A stretch of DNA of 62,981 bases, filler included, from Octopus bimaculoides (lineage: Eukaryota), in assembly GCF_001194135.2 (NCBI RefSeq). It is 5 parts of 5 records of this genome, joined end to end, with 100 filler letters (N's around TTAATTAATTAA, not from the genome) between each part and the next. Parts side by side here need not be neighbours in the genome. Positions count along the whole stretch, not along the records: positions 1 to 25,798 come from NC_068999.1; 4 more parts are not named here. One strand, 5' to 3'. The number at the start of each line of letters is the position of its first letter. Position 1 is the stretch's first letter. The notes under the pieces are model-generated. The model saw only the letters and a list, made by a program, of their open reading frames with translations. It was not told the origin of the DNA and searched no databases. The translations under genes and the position numbers were made by a program. Shown in pieces: positions 1-13,377 of the stretch.

Positions 1-44
<44 letters not shown>
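1..44. repeat. (GA)n microsatellite
   Basis: Direct reading of the sequence. Confidence 0.98.
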
Positions 45-45
<1 letters not shown>

Positions 46-279
46 TGAGAGGTGCGGGTGGGGCATAAACTAGATGAAGATGGATGAGCGCACGCATAGA
101 CTAGAATGAATGCAAAAGTCTAATGAGATAAATGTGAAATGAGTGTTTGATTAATGAAACTAATTGTTGCCAATATTGCAAATGAGAATATGAAGCTTAT
201 AGAAAGATATCAATTATATACAAATATCAAATATTATTATTATCATTATTCCTTCGTAACACAGTGTAAGCTTTTTTGT

Positions 280-600
280 GGAAATGTTGTCGTTTTCACC
301 ACATAGAATCGTTGAGATTTTTGCGGATGCATAGTACAGGTGGTTGAGATCTGGAATGTCAACATCATTAGCTGAAATTATATCTAAGTGCCAGGCGGAT
401 TTTACAAATTATTTTCACGGTTTGGTTGGAATTGCGAATTTTTGGGAGAGTGTCGCGTTCATTCATACTGGTTTCTTTAATTTTCAGCCATTCAATTATG
501 ATTTGATTTTTTTTTACATCATGTAGTTCTGTTGGGTCAATTTCTCTGTGACTTTTTTCATCTATTTGATTTTCATCTGCCTTAGTGTTTATCGTTGGTT
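280..600 (-). mobile_element. Fragment of an R4/Dong-like non-LTR retrotransposon ORF (region upstream of RT)
   Basis: Minus-strand reading with a frameshift gives ...RDTLPKIRNSNQTVKII... and ...DIPDLNHLYYASAKI..., resembling the LNxLxYA motif that also appears in the larger copy near 41250 (LNNLLYA). Confidence 0.5.
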
Positions 601-678
601 CAGAGAGTATTTCACTTTGCTTATCAGTTACAATTCTTCTTCTTATTATTATTGTTGTCATCGTCGTCGTTGAGGTCG

Positions 679-741
<63 letters not shown>
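679..741. repeat. (CAT)n microsatellite
   Basis: About 21 perfect CAT units; source of the poly-M/D/I/S ORFs. Confidence 0.98.
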
Positions 742-902
742 GTAATGTCAGTAGCATATATGTGTACATACATATACAAATATAAGAACATGTACAACTG
801 TGTGTGTTCGTGTATGCGTGCGTGTTCGTGTATGTGCGTGTGTGCATACGATATAAATGTATATACAGTTATTAATACAAACACACATACACACTCCTAT
901 AC

Positions 903-935
<33 letters not shown>

Positions 936-1923
936 TGTATGTATNNNNNNNNNNNNNNNNNNNNNNNNNNNNNNNNNNNNNNNNNNNNNNNNNNNNNNNN
1001 NNNNNNNNNNNNNNNNNNNNNNNNNNNNNNNNNNNNNNNNNNNNNNNNNNNNNNNNNNNNNNNNNNNNNNNNNNNNNNNNNNNNNNNNNNNNNNNNNNNN
1101 NNNNNNNNNNNNNNNNNNNNNNNNNNNNNNNNNNNNNNNNNNNNNNNNNNNNNNNNNNNNNNNNNNNNNNNNNNNNNNNNNNNNNNNNNNNNNNNNNNNN
1201 NNNNNNNNNNNNCTGAAGACCTGAGCATAGAATTCCAAAGCTGTCTCTCATTCCTTTATCGCCGCAGAAAAAGACAGGAAAGAAAGAAAAAAAAACAGGA
1301 GAAAAAGATGAAAAACCCCATAAAAATAAAACGCGAAACAAAAACATGAAAGAAATATGCCAAAAATATAAATATGAAAAAATCTACCACAAATCCACCA
1401 AGAAGTGTATCAGCGGGTTTCTGCGAGCAGAGAAATATCTGGGCAACAATTCCAGGTCAATTTATCTGTGTGTAGTAATTGTATACTTCTCTTTGACCGG
1501 AATCTCTCAAGAGAGCGACGAAGAATTCTTCTGCAAACGGATGGACAAGAAATTAGGAAAGGGAGCCTTCGATTAGTTTCGTATTTCTTGCAAAGAATTT
1601 ATCTGACAATGCAGAACATGTACACACTAATACATAAGCTCACATACGTACAAATGCCCAGAGACATAACACGTCACAGTTGTGCAGAGTCATACGATAC
1701 AGAAACACATAGATACAGTTTCATGAACACTGTAACAAATATGACTTTCTATTAAGTAAACCAAACGTTGCTGGACAGGAATCATTATAAACAGTCCTTT
1801 ACGTTCTCACCATTATTCCACGCATCCCTCTTTTCAGAATTTCAGAAGATATCGTAAACTTTTCCCTACCTTATTAGAGAGTCTATAAGCAAGGCTTCCA
1901 AAGCCTTCATTTTATGAGCGCAT

Positions 1924-1925
<2 letters not shown>

Positions 1926-1985
<60 letters not shown>

Positions 1986-2070
1986 AGTCTGTCTGTCTGC
2001 CTGCCTGCCTGCCTACCTACCTGTCTGTCTGTCTGTCTAGCTAGCTAGCTATCTATACATACATACGTAC
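1926..2070. repeat. Compound tetranucleotide microsatellite (CTAT/CTGT/GCCT/TACA)
   Basis: Direct reading. Confidence 0.95.
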
Positions 2071-2571
2071 ATTCATACATACACACATATTTGTACCCAT
2101 ATTCACACATCACATATATATATACGAACATATATACAATCATATGTGTAAGGTAGCTGATTTCTCCTCACGGAAATCTGCCAGTTCACTGACCCACAAC
2201 CCAGCCAGCGCTCACCATTTGAAAAACACATCCATTCTTGCAAGCTTTGGCATATAATAGCCACAGGATCCTTCGGTGCTGCCATTTCCTTCCCCACGTT
2301 CGACATTAGCTTTCGTTAGGTTTCCTCTGCATGGCTCCGAAGTTCTTGCAGATATTGTAACCCGTAACTCCAATATTACCAACGCCTCCTCCAATAACAG
2401 CCAACACCAATAACACCAAAACTATACAGACACCATTTGTATCTGACAAAGATGGCGGTGTAAGACTTGAAATGCCAGGCAAATTATCTCTTGTTATTAG
2501 TAATTGTCGACACAAACTGCGACCAACTGGAGACATAGGTGTGGTCACCATGCTCCTCTCCTTATCCTCAC

Positions 2572-2574
<3 letters not shown>

Positions 2575-2625
<51 letters not shown>

Positions 2626-2765
2626 AATATATATATACACATATATATTTGTAAGTAAATGAATATATATATATATATATATGTGTATATATATGTATAT
2701 GCATAAACACACACACATATATATATAAATACATATATATATAAATACATATACATATATATACA

Positions 2766-2850
<85 letters not shown>

Positions 2851-2870
2851 GCACATACACACACACACAT
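2575..2870. repeat. Compound (TA)n/(CA)n microsatellite
   Basis: Direct reading. Confidence 0.95.
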
Positions 2871-3293
2871 GTAAATGCGTAATATAATATTTTCTTTATT
2901 ACTTTACCATTCCTTATATCCCTGACATTGTCCGTTCTTCCCCTTCTTTTCATTTCAACCCTCATTTTATTATCACCCATGCTCTCAGTCTGTTACAAAA
3001 CTACTTGTTTCTCAGTTTCTTAGTCTATCGCTATTATCCGTTAGTGTCTGGCCACTTCGACACCTTCTCTTTCACTTCACATCCTCTCTCTCTTTCCCCC
3101 CTCTCTCTCTGATCTTCACACGTCTTCACAAGTCTACACAACTCTCTTCTCATATTTCGCTTCCAATATGTCGCGTGGACATTAATGTTTCTGTGTTATT
3201 TCTGAGCAGATTGTCCTTGTGACCGGACAGTTATAAGGCAATTTGCTGCTCTGTTTTTATATTTGAGTTGGCGCAATGGCTGAAGGATAGAGA

Positions 3294-3328
3294 GAGAAAG
3301 AGAGAGAAAGAAAGAAAGAAAGAAAGAA

Positions 3329-3387
<59 letters not shown>
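3294..3387. repeat. (GA)n/(GAAA)n microsatellite
   Basis: Direct reading. Confidence 0.95.
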
Positions 3388-3394
<7 letters not shown>

Positions 3395-3630
3395 TAAGGC
3401 AAAGCGTGATGAGGAGAGTGCGAGAAACGATGTACGTTTATGAAAATGCGTGGGATGAAGTGAAAAGACAACAGCATCATGAATCCATGTTTATAAGTAT
3501 GTGTGCACGTGTGTGCGTATGTGTGTGAATGTATGCATGCATGCACATATGTGTGTATGTAAATATGCATGGTATGTATGTATGAGTGTGTGTGTGTGCG
3601 TATATCTATGTATGTATGTATGAATGCATG

Positions 3631-3680
<50 letters not shown>

Positions 3681-3865
3681 GCTCTGTGTAATATATATAT
3701 ATATGTAGACGTACATATGTAAATGTATGTGTGTGTATGGTGAAAGGGAGAGAGGATGACAGAGTAAAACAGAGAGCATGGCAAAAGAGAGGGAGAAGAA
3801 AAAAGAAAGAATGGTTGTCAAAGATATCCAGCGGGAACTGAAGACATAGAACGCCGGAGCAAGCT

Positions 3866-3907
<42 letters not shown>

Positions 3908-4604
3908 AGAGTAAGAGATAGATAGATGGATAGATAAATAGATAGACAGGCAGATAGATAGATAGATAAATAGAAAGAGAGTGAGAAAGAAAGAGGCAGA
4001 GAGTGAAAGAAAGAGGGGAGAGAGAGAGCGCTAGCTCGATCACTGATACATTCATAAACAGAAACATGGATGCTAACACCTACATGAAAATTGGAAAACA
4101 ACGAACGCTGGCATGTCAGACATTATACATATATACATATATACATTCGGATAAACGTACATTCATACATATATACACGCATATAGATATGCATGCATAT
4201 ACGCGTAGATATAAACATACGTATACACACACATACCTATATGAATATCTAAGTTTATACAGATACACACAAACACAAGCACTCATATATATATATATAT
4301 ATATATATANNNNNNNNNNNNNNNNNNNNNNNNNNNNNNNNNNNTATATACAAACATTTGTAATATAGCCGACATTAGGATCGTGTTTATAAAAAATCAT
4401 ATATTCATATACATACATACATACATACATATTAATTCATACATATGCATATATTATACACACACATATATATATATATACATACACACATATAAATGTG
4501 TGTGCATATGCGTATGTATATATATATATACAGATTTAATTGGATTCTTGAAATATATATATTCATACGTATATGTACATGAGACTGTTTATGTATATGT
4601 GTGT

Positions 4605-4641
<37 letters not shown>

Positions 4642-4979
4642 AATACGTATGTTGTATGTATGTATGTAAGTATATGAGTATAATACGTACGCATGTATGT
4701 ATATATTCATATATACATGTTCAAATGGCTTTATAGACTAACACAGATATTACTAAACCCCACATGCTCACACAAAAGACACTAATATACACACGCATCT
4801 ATATAATGCGTATACACACTTACTCTAGACATATACAAACTCAAATGCCAAAGACACAACCATTCACAGACATTCAGCAACCCACGCACGGACATACACA
4901 CACATACATAGACACACATACACACACACACACNNNNNNNNNNNNNNNNNNNNNNNNNNNNNNNNNNNNNNNNNACATA

Positions 4980-5033
<54 letters not shown>

Positions 5034-5185
5034 TTTCTACGCTTGTCTAAAAGAATAGACGGGTTCAATTCCTCTTTCAGCCAGAAACTGAAAGTACGAA
5101 TCAGTTTTATGTATATATTACGCATATGAGAGTGTATGTATGTATATATGTATGTAATGTGTGTGTGTGTGTATGGATGGATAGA

Positions 5186-5329
5186 TGAGTGGCTGTGTGG
5201 TAAGAACCTTGCTTCTCAACCACAAGGTTCCGGTTTTAGTCACCTTGGGTAAATGCCTTCTACTATAGCCTCGGGCAGACCAAAGCCTTGTGAGTGGATT
5301 TGGTAGATGGAAACTGAAAGAAACCCGTC

Positions 5330-5331
<2 letters not shown>
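5186..5331 (+). mobile_element. tRNA-derived CORE-like SINE, family B, 5' half (runs into its internal (TA)n tract and a gap)
   Basis: GAGTGGCTGTGTGGTAAG head, ACCTTGGGTAAATGCCTT core-like block and GAAACTGAAAGAAACCCGTCG match the copies at 23203-23600 and 62675-62981. Confidence 0.9.
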
Positions 5332-5361
<30 letters not shown>

Positions 5362-5700
5362 NNNNNNNNNNNNNNNNNNNNNNNNNNNNNNNNNNNNNNN
5401 NNNNNNNNNNNNNNNNNNNNNNNNNNNNNNNNNNNNNNNNNNNNNNNNNNNNNNNNNNNNNNNNNNNNNNNNNNNNNNNNNNNNNNNNNNNNNNNNNNNN
5501 NNNNNNNNNNNNNNNNNNNNNNNNNNNNNNNNNNNNNNNNNNNNNNNNNNNNNNNNNNNNNNNNNNNNNNNNNNNNNNNNNNNNNNNNNNNNNNNNNNNN
5601 NNNNNNNNNNNNNNNNNNNNNNNNNNNNNNNNNNNNNNNNNNNNNNNNNNNNNNNNNNNNNNNNNNNNNNNNNNNNNNNNNNNNNNNNNNNNNNNNNNNN

Positions 5701-5767
<67 letters not shown>

Positions 5768-5932
5768 CATTGTACAATGTGTACATTTATGTAGATATAC
5801 TTCTTGAAGCGTCATCATACAGAGTAAACTAGACATTTTCTTTTCGAGCACGTAACCATCGCTCTCAAAATTTGTGGCACGTCTATCGAAACATGGATCT
5901 CGCCCTCTGTCCATCCATCCTTCCATCCGCCA

Positions 5933-5933
<1 letters not shown>

Positions 5934-6011
<78 letters not shown>
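5934..6011. repeat. (TCTA)n microsatellite
   Basis: Direct reading. Confidence 0.97.
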
Positions 6012-6012
<1 letters not shown>

Positions 6013-6539
6013 GACTGTCTGTCCGTCCGTCCATCCATACGTGCGTCCGTCTGTCTGTGTGACCGTGTGTCTGTCTGTGTGTCTGTGTGTCTGTCTGCGT
6101 TTCTATCTCTCTCTCTATCTATCTATCTTTATATGTACACACACAAGACACACACGCACACACAACACACACGCACACACAACACACACAACACACACAT
6201 ACACAAACATATGTGTGTGTGTGTGTCTGTGTGTGCATACCATGGTTTATAAGATTAGGAGTTTCCCAATATTATCATCAAATCTATTTTATTACATGTC
6301 GCAGCCTGGCTCTCGGCAATTTCTCTCTATTATTAAGTCACATATTTTCCACGCGTCCATCCTTTCGGCTAATTCAACCAAACTTTTGTTCTAGCTATTT
6401 AATATACAGACTCTAACCTATTTTCGTCTGCTAATCCTAATTTTCTGATGACTTCCTCAATAATCCAACATTGATTCCAATGTTGTTTGGGAGTGTGAAA
6501 GCGCTAGAAAAATTTCTATTATATTTTGTATAGTTGCAG

Positions 6540-6700
6540 ACGAGGCTACGTATTTAAGCAACTCGCTTTGAAACCACATGATTTCCCGTTCAGTCCCTCT
6601 GCACAGCGCATGGAGAAATTGTCTTCTATTCTAACCCTCAGCCAGGCGATGCTTTGTGAATGGATGTGGTTGACGGAAACTGTATGAAAGACCGTGAAGT
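6540..6700 (+). mobile_element. Diverged SINE family B 5' half
   Basis: AACCACATGATTTCCCGTTCAGTCCC...TTGTCTTCTA...TTGTGAATGGATGTGGTTGACGGAAACTG aligns by eye to the family B head. Confidence 0.65.
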
Positions 6701-7742
6701 AAGAATCGTTGTTGCGACACTATTTTCGTTCACGTTGAACACGCAAATATTCGATTCACACTTGCGGCGATTCACGCAACGATCGTGTATCGTGTTCATG
6801 TTTCAATGCTTTGTCTCTGTTGCTACTTCCATTCTTGTGTGGTTCCACGCTGGAATCAAAACATTTTGAACACAACTATCTTCAGTGGAATTTCTCGGTA
6901 TTTAAGGGATCAAAGAAAAGATGGGCACAATTCTGATTGGAGCACAATTGGAGTAATTTTTAACGTGACATGATGTTATGCCATTCATAACTCATTGACA
7001 GATAAATGGTTTTAGGTATTTAGTCGAAGGCGTAGACAGACACATGACACGAACCACTGTCAACTAGACTGGTTGTCACGTGTGTTACTTATGCGGTCAT
7101 TAACAACTCTGTCGTCTGGACATTAGTAACAGGACATCCAGCATTATCTCACCAAAGAGAATTAGCATAAATGCGTATTATTTGATTTGTCTATTGAATT
7201 ATGTAACAACTAGCCAGCAAGTAGACATAAGTCCGAGTGAAAATTACGCTGAGGCTATCGCGGTAAAATCGCTGAGATGCAAAGATGGCTGATTTGAAAT
7301 GAGGTGTGAAGACGGGAGTCAAAACGGTATCCAAAACGAGGCTAGTTTTAAGTATAACTTGCCATGCATACACTCAAACCTAAACACACACACAAAGAAT
7401 AGTATATATAACAGGATACATAAATATATATATACAGACATAAACACGTACATCGAATACACTATTATTAACATAAATATCGATAATTTAAGGTTATATT
7501 AAATCTTATCTTCCTAATAGATAAATGAAATTCGAAAAGTAATCAATCTACATTTAATTTCCAGTAATATTCCTATAATTAAAATGTAATTATGCATACA
7601 ATTATTGGGGAATTAAACCGACCAACGGAGTTCGGATTTGGGCCCTCATTTACATAAGTAATTTCGTTCCTTACCGTTCTTATAATCTCTATGAAACACT
7701 AAGCAACGTACGTACTGTCTTGTAGACAAATATATGCGCATG

Positions 7743-8042
7743 TTTGTATGTATGTATGTATGTATGTATGTATGTATGTATGTATGCATGTATGTATGTA
7801 TGTATGTAAGTAAATATGTGTGTATGTGTGTATGTATGCATACATGTATGTATGTAAATATGTATGTAAATATGTATGTATGTATGGATATATGTAAATG
7901 TGTGTGTATGTATGTATGTATGGTCTCTTCTGCTTTGAATTATTTGAATTCTTCCTCTGAGCAAGGAGCTGGTTTCTAACAAAGATACAAAGGTCCATCA
8001 AAGGTATGTATGTATGTATGTAAGTGTCTATGTATGTGTGTG

Positions 8043-8090
<48 letters not shown>

Positions 8091-8160
8091 CTGTGTTTAT
8101 ATATACACTATATATGTATGTGTGTTTGTGTGTATGTATCTGTGTGTATGTGAGTTAGTG
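7743..8160. repeat. Compound (TATG)n/(TG)n microsatellite region
   Basis: Direct reading. Confidence 0.9.
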
Positions 8161-8330
8161 TTTGTACTTGTTCCCCACACCGCTTGACAAACAGTGGTAG
8201 TTTATTTTCGTCTCTGTAACTTAGCGGTTCGTTCAAAAGGAATGCTATAATAAGTACCACACTTTACAAAATTAGCACAATGTCTGATTTAGATTTATTC
8301 GACTAAACCCTTTGAGGCGTGTTAAGATGA
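8150..8330 (+). mobile_element. Diverged SINE family B 3' half
   Basis: CCGCTTGACAA...GTAACTTAGCGGTTCG...ATAAGTACC...TTCGACTAAA matches the family B tail. Confidence 0.7.
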
Positions 8331-9069
8331 TGTTATTATTTAAAATCACTTTTATGAATATTTAGTTATGTGACTGTATACCAAGGCTAGAACGAAATAT
8401 ATATACATATATCTTGTGAAGATCAAGTTGATTGGGAGTTCGAGTGTCGTCTATCAGCTAGTAATAACCATACAAACGTACAAAATTAATTAGAGAGATA
8501 CTAAGCACACCAAATTAAGTAGAGACATAGTAAGCATACTGAATTAATTAGAGACATGCTAGAGTCATACTATTGGCTTGTCAAACTAGCAATAACCATA
8601 AAACAAAAGCGAAAGAAACATTAAACTGGCTGAAGTAAAATAAGTCAGCGTCGAATTAGCGGCGTCAGATAAGTAGCGCCGAAACGCCTGTGCCACATCG
8701 TCTCATAGCCCTACTTTATTTTATCAGACACAGAAGGATGGAGGAAGATAAAATAGATCTTTCTGCGGGAATAAAACAGGGAACGCATAGTGACGTAAAC
8801 GAATACCACCAGGTGACGCTGTTATACCATTCTGAAACATTTCTGCCTTTCGGAGGCTGTCAATAATAAAATCAGAAATAGGCTCATGCATAAAAGCATA
8901 ACTATGGTTTCTTGAGAAATGTCGTTATTAATTATGACTGAAAACTAATTAAGATTCAAAGAGTGTTTAATTATGAGTCAAAGAGCTATATAAGGCGAAA
9001 GACAATGTAGTTTAGTGTAGGGAGGGAGAAATAGAGAAGGTGAGAAAGCGAATGAATGAGGAACGGGAA

Positions 9070-9134
9070 GATACACACACACACATACACACACAGAGAC
9101 ACACACACGCACATACACACATACACACACACAT

Positions 9135-9186
<52 letters not shown>

Positions 9187-9321
9187 GGATCGTGGAAAGT
9201 GGGTGTAGTAGGAACTGTCTGTGAGAATAGAATGCGTGTGTGTGAGTGTGTGTTTGCGAGAAAGAGAGAGAGTAGAAAGTGAGAAAGAGAATGAAGAACG
9301 GGAAGATACACATACAGTCGC

Positions 9322-9386
<65 letters not shown>

Positions 9387-9471
9387 GAGAGAGAGAGAGA
9401 GAGAAAGAGAGAGAGATAGAGATCGTGGAAAGGGAGAGTAGTAGGGAGCGTGTGTGAGAATGCGTGTGTGA

Positions 9472-9508
<37 letters not shown>

Positions 9509-9730
9509 TGTTGAATATATATATATATGTATATACATATACATATATCCATACATGCATGAATACATGAATACATGTATGTATGTAAATATATGTGTGT
9601 GTATATATATATATGTATGTATATGAGACAGAAAAAGAGAGAAGAGGATAGATAGATAGATAGATAGATAGAGAGATATATATATAGAGAGAGAGACTGA
9701 AAGAAAGAGAGAGAGAAAAAAGAGAGATAG
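9070..9730. repeat. Compound (GA)/(CA)/(TA)/(GATA) microsatellite block with an internal duplicated spacer (ATCGTGGAAAG at ~9189 and ~9422)
   Basis: Direct reading. Confidence 0.9.
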
Positions 9731-10285
9731 AGAAGTAGGGAGGGAGACGACCACGGAGATACATAGATGTGAATTTGGAAGAAAGAGGAAGGAAGAGATG
9801 GAAGCGAAAGGAATTTAAGATGAGAAACGACAAAAAGCGATGAAAGTAGAAAGGTCTAATAAGACCTGTTGATAATGCGCGTCGAACAAAATTTTTTCCG
9901 ACTCTTTACACTCTGATTCAAGTGTCACCGAGGCCGACTTTTTAAGATGAATATCAATATAATACCGACCATTTAAGACATAGTGTTTGGAAGAAGTATG
10001 GGTTCTGCACCGCCTATTTTGTTGAATTTATAAAGAAAGGCGATCGCGCAATATAATTGGCCACGTCTACCGAATGTGTTTTTTAAAATTAACAATGGAT
10101 TCATAGATTGCGTGTTTGCTGGTTCTAATAGCCTTGGTCATTTCAGAGGTCAGCGACTGTGATTTGGTATAAAGCAGTGTGGTACTACAACCATCCTGAT
10201 TCTATCGAGTTTCACATACATACGTACATACATATATACACTGTATATATGTATATAAATATATATATATATACATGCGCGCGCG

Positions 10286-10321
<36 letters not shown>

Positions 10322-10560
10322 CTAGCAGCTAAGCCCGGTTTCACCCGGTCAGAGAACGGCGCGAAGAGAGAAACGAAGACATAAAAAAGAGGAAGAAGTG
10401 GATACGAAGTGGTGTTTGGGCGACGGATCTTGGTAGAAAAAAAAAGAATGTCATGGNNNNNNNNNNGAGGAAGAAGTGGATACGAAGTGGTGTTTGGGCG
10501 ACGGATCTTGGTAGAAAAAAAAAGAATGTCATGGTGAGTTAGTAAGGAGAGCAAAGCAAG
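10322..10560 (-). mobile_element. Helitron-like 3' end
   Basis: On the minus strand a CCGG-containing hairpin is followed by GCTGCTAG|T; CTAG at 10322-10325 abuts a (TA)n tract. The internal extent is uncertain. Confidence 0.5.
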
Positions 10561-10707
10561 ACTGGACTTACGTGGGCTGGCAGGACGATGAAAAAATTGC
10601 GGAGTTGAAATTGGAGCAGTTGAAGTTGCCGTTGTTATCATAGGAGTGCCTCTTAGTAGACAACATTCTTCGTCCTTTTTCAATGTCCAAGGGAAGCCAA
10701 ATCGCGA

Positions 10708-10727
10708 AAAAGGTTGAGAAATGCTGA
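10708..10727 (+). mobile_element. Isolated hAT/Charlie-like terminal inverted repeat
   Basis: AAAAAGGTTGAGAAATGCTG is the reverse complement of CAGCATTTCTCAACCTTTTT, a Charlie-type TIR. No partner end was found. Confidence 0.45.
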
Positions 10728-11044
10728 TCTATAACGATGGTTTTTATCTAGACACATCGTAAAAGTAATTATAATGAATTGCTTAATTTAAAGAAAAGTA
10801 TGTTTTTTCAAGCAAATAGGGTTAGAAAAAATATTTACCACAAGGAGAAAGAGACAAAAATAAAATAACACGTGTCAAAAATTTTTTTTTTCTGAAAACG
10901 TTCAATGACGTTAACTGGAATGTGGGGTTCGAGTAGACGTCATTCCACCTTTTGATTTATCATTACCATTCTTTTCGTTCGATTTTATTTTTCCTCCACT
11001 TTTGTGTTTTTTCTGTCCTGTTGTTCCCTCTATTTATCTGTGTC

Positions 11045-11079
<35 letters not shown>

Positions 11080-11135
11080 ATCTATCTTTCGCTCCCCATC
11101 TCACTGTTTTTCTCTCTTTGTCTTTCTCCTTCTTG

Positions 11136-11171
<36 letters not shown>

Positions 11172-12225
11172 ATCTATCTATATATGTATATATATTTATA
11201 AAGACGAATGTATAAACATTGGACGTGTATGCGTACACACATATCTACATATCTATATTTTCCCTACATCTGTTTATATATTTCACTCTACACCATAAGT
11301 ACGTACTTGGACGCGCGTTGTGTATTCTCTCGGCCTTCAAACCCCTTTCCCCTACACACATCACTCTCACCTTCTTCCTCATACTATAGTCTTATAGTCT
11401 TTTGATGGAACTCGGAATGGATTTGAACTGGGGAATTGGTAAGTGTTTACAAAGAGAAGCGAAAAAAACCGATTATGACTCCTGGGTATAAGTGCATCTA
11501 TTAAAGATCGATACTTGTCCAAAAACATCAATAAGAATGGCTAACACCTTCAGACTCAATCATCTCTTCCTACTTACACCTCTGTTTTACTTCTCTTTAA
11601 TTATCCTCTTATCATAGTTCACCATTCCTCTCTCTCTCTCTCTCTTTGTCTTTCTTGCTCTCTGTAACTCTCTCTCTGTCTCTGCCTCTAAGTATATATG
11701 TATATGTATACGTGCATGTGAGTGTGTGCGTGTGTTTATGTGTATGTGTATGTGTTAGCTGGTGTGTATGTATGCCTGTATATACCTGTATGTGCGTACG
11801 TATGGATGGATGCATATATATATATATATATATATATCACACGCAGCATTCAAGTATTTTCGTATATACTTAGTAAAACATATATATCTGTACCACTTAC
11901 CCCCACATATATACACATATAAATCTATGTATGTATATGTATATATGTATACATATATANNNNNNNNNNNNNNNNNNNNNNNNNNNNNNNNNNNNNNNNN
12001 NNNNNNNNNNNNNNNNNNNNNNNNNNNNNNNNNNNNNNNNNNNNNNNNNNNNNNNNNNNNNNNNNNNNNNNNNNNNNNNNNNNNNNNNNNNNNNNNNNNN
12101 NNNNNNNNNNNNNNNNNNNNNNNNNNNNNNNNNNNNNNNNNNNNNNNNNNNNNNNNNNNNNNNNNNNNNNNNNNNNNNNNNNNNNNNNNNNNNNNNNNNN
12201 NNNNNNNNNNNNNNNNNNNNNNNNN

Positions 12226-12262
<37 letters not shown>

Positions 12263-12802
12263 CATACACGTATGGCTACATGTGAATATAATGAACATAA
12301 AATGTAAAGACAAATAACAGTGCGACACATCCTCCCTACCCCACGACCGAAAAACTCCTCCTCAAACAACCAGAAAAAAACAACAACAGCAACAACAACA
12401 AAAAACCCCATAGAAACATGAAAGAACCTAGCAATTATTGAGTCGCGGATTAAGTTTTAGTTATTCTTTCTGATCATGAAATAATTATACATTTACGATA
12501 CTGATTGTGGGAAATGTAGCGAGGACTAGAAAAGTAATAATGACAAGGTTAATGTCGAAGAGGGACACTCTCTGTTGAGATTGACCCTAAAATATCACTG
12601 GTACGTAATTTATGTCTTTCCGCAATCTTGTGATAATATCTGTTGATACCTAATACATGAGCAACGATAAAGGAGCAAACTAAGGTATATGTACCCGGTA
12701 TTTCCTTGTTTGTTCTTCTCCATTGTCTGTCACACAGATTATAATGATGGTGAGGATGACGATGATGATGGTGATAAAGATAAAGAGGATAATGTTTTTT
12801 TT

Positions 12803-13012
12803 TCTACTCTAGGCACAAAGCCCGAAATTTTTGGGGAGGGGGCCATTTGATCAGAGCGATCTCAGTACACAACTGGTACCTAATTTATCGACCCCGAAAG
12901 ATTGAAAGGCAAAGTCGACCTCAGCGGAATTTGAACTCAGAACATAAAGACAGACGAAATACTGCAAAACATTTCGTCCGGCGGGCTAACGTTTCTGCCA
13001 GCTCGCTACCTT
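12803..13012 (-). mobile_element. tRNA-derived SINE family A (tail type 2)
   Basis: Reverse complement of GAGCTGGCAGAAACGTTAG...GAGTTCAAATTCCGC (B box)...GCCTTTCA.TCTTTCGGGGTCGATAAATT..GTACCAG, ending ...TTGTGCCTAGAGTAGAAA. Confidence 0.92.
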
Positions 13013-13037
13013 GATAAAGAGGATAATAATGATAATG

Positions 13038-13039
13038 TC

Positions 13040-13082
<43 letters not shown>

Positions 13083-13110
13083 AATGTCTGATGATGATGG
13101 GGATGATGAT
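13038..13110. repeat. (GAT)n microsatellite
   Basis: Direct reading. Confidence 0.95.
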
Positions 13111-13149
13111 GATGAAGATGATACTGATAATGGTAAAAATCATGGTTGT

Positions 13150-13345
13150 TTCTAACAGTGGCTCATGTATTGAAATTTTGAGTGGGGGAGGCTGGTTGAT
13201 TACCTCGAGCCCCTCCCCCGGTTTGATTGGTACTTTTTTTTGTTAGCGACCACGAAAAAATGCAAGACAAAGCTGACCTCAGCGGGATTTGAACTCAGAA
13301 CGTAAAGTGTCGGAAGAAATACTATCAGGCATTTTGTCCGATACA
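13150..13345 (-). mobile_element. SINE family A, diverged copy
   Basis: TGGTACTT...CAAAGCTGACCTCAGCGGGATTTGAACTCAGAACGTAAAG matches family A. Confidence 0.8.
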
Positions 13346-13377
13346 ACAACAATTCTGATTATCCACCCTCCTCGAAT

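Noticed and set aside
10390-10533. ~67-bp direct repeat flanking a 10-N gap (similar case at 34838)
   Set aside because: Typical unmerged contig overlap; most likely an assembly artefact.
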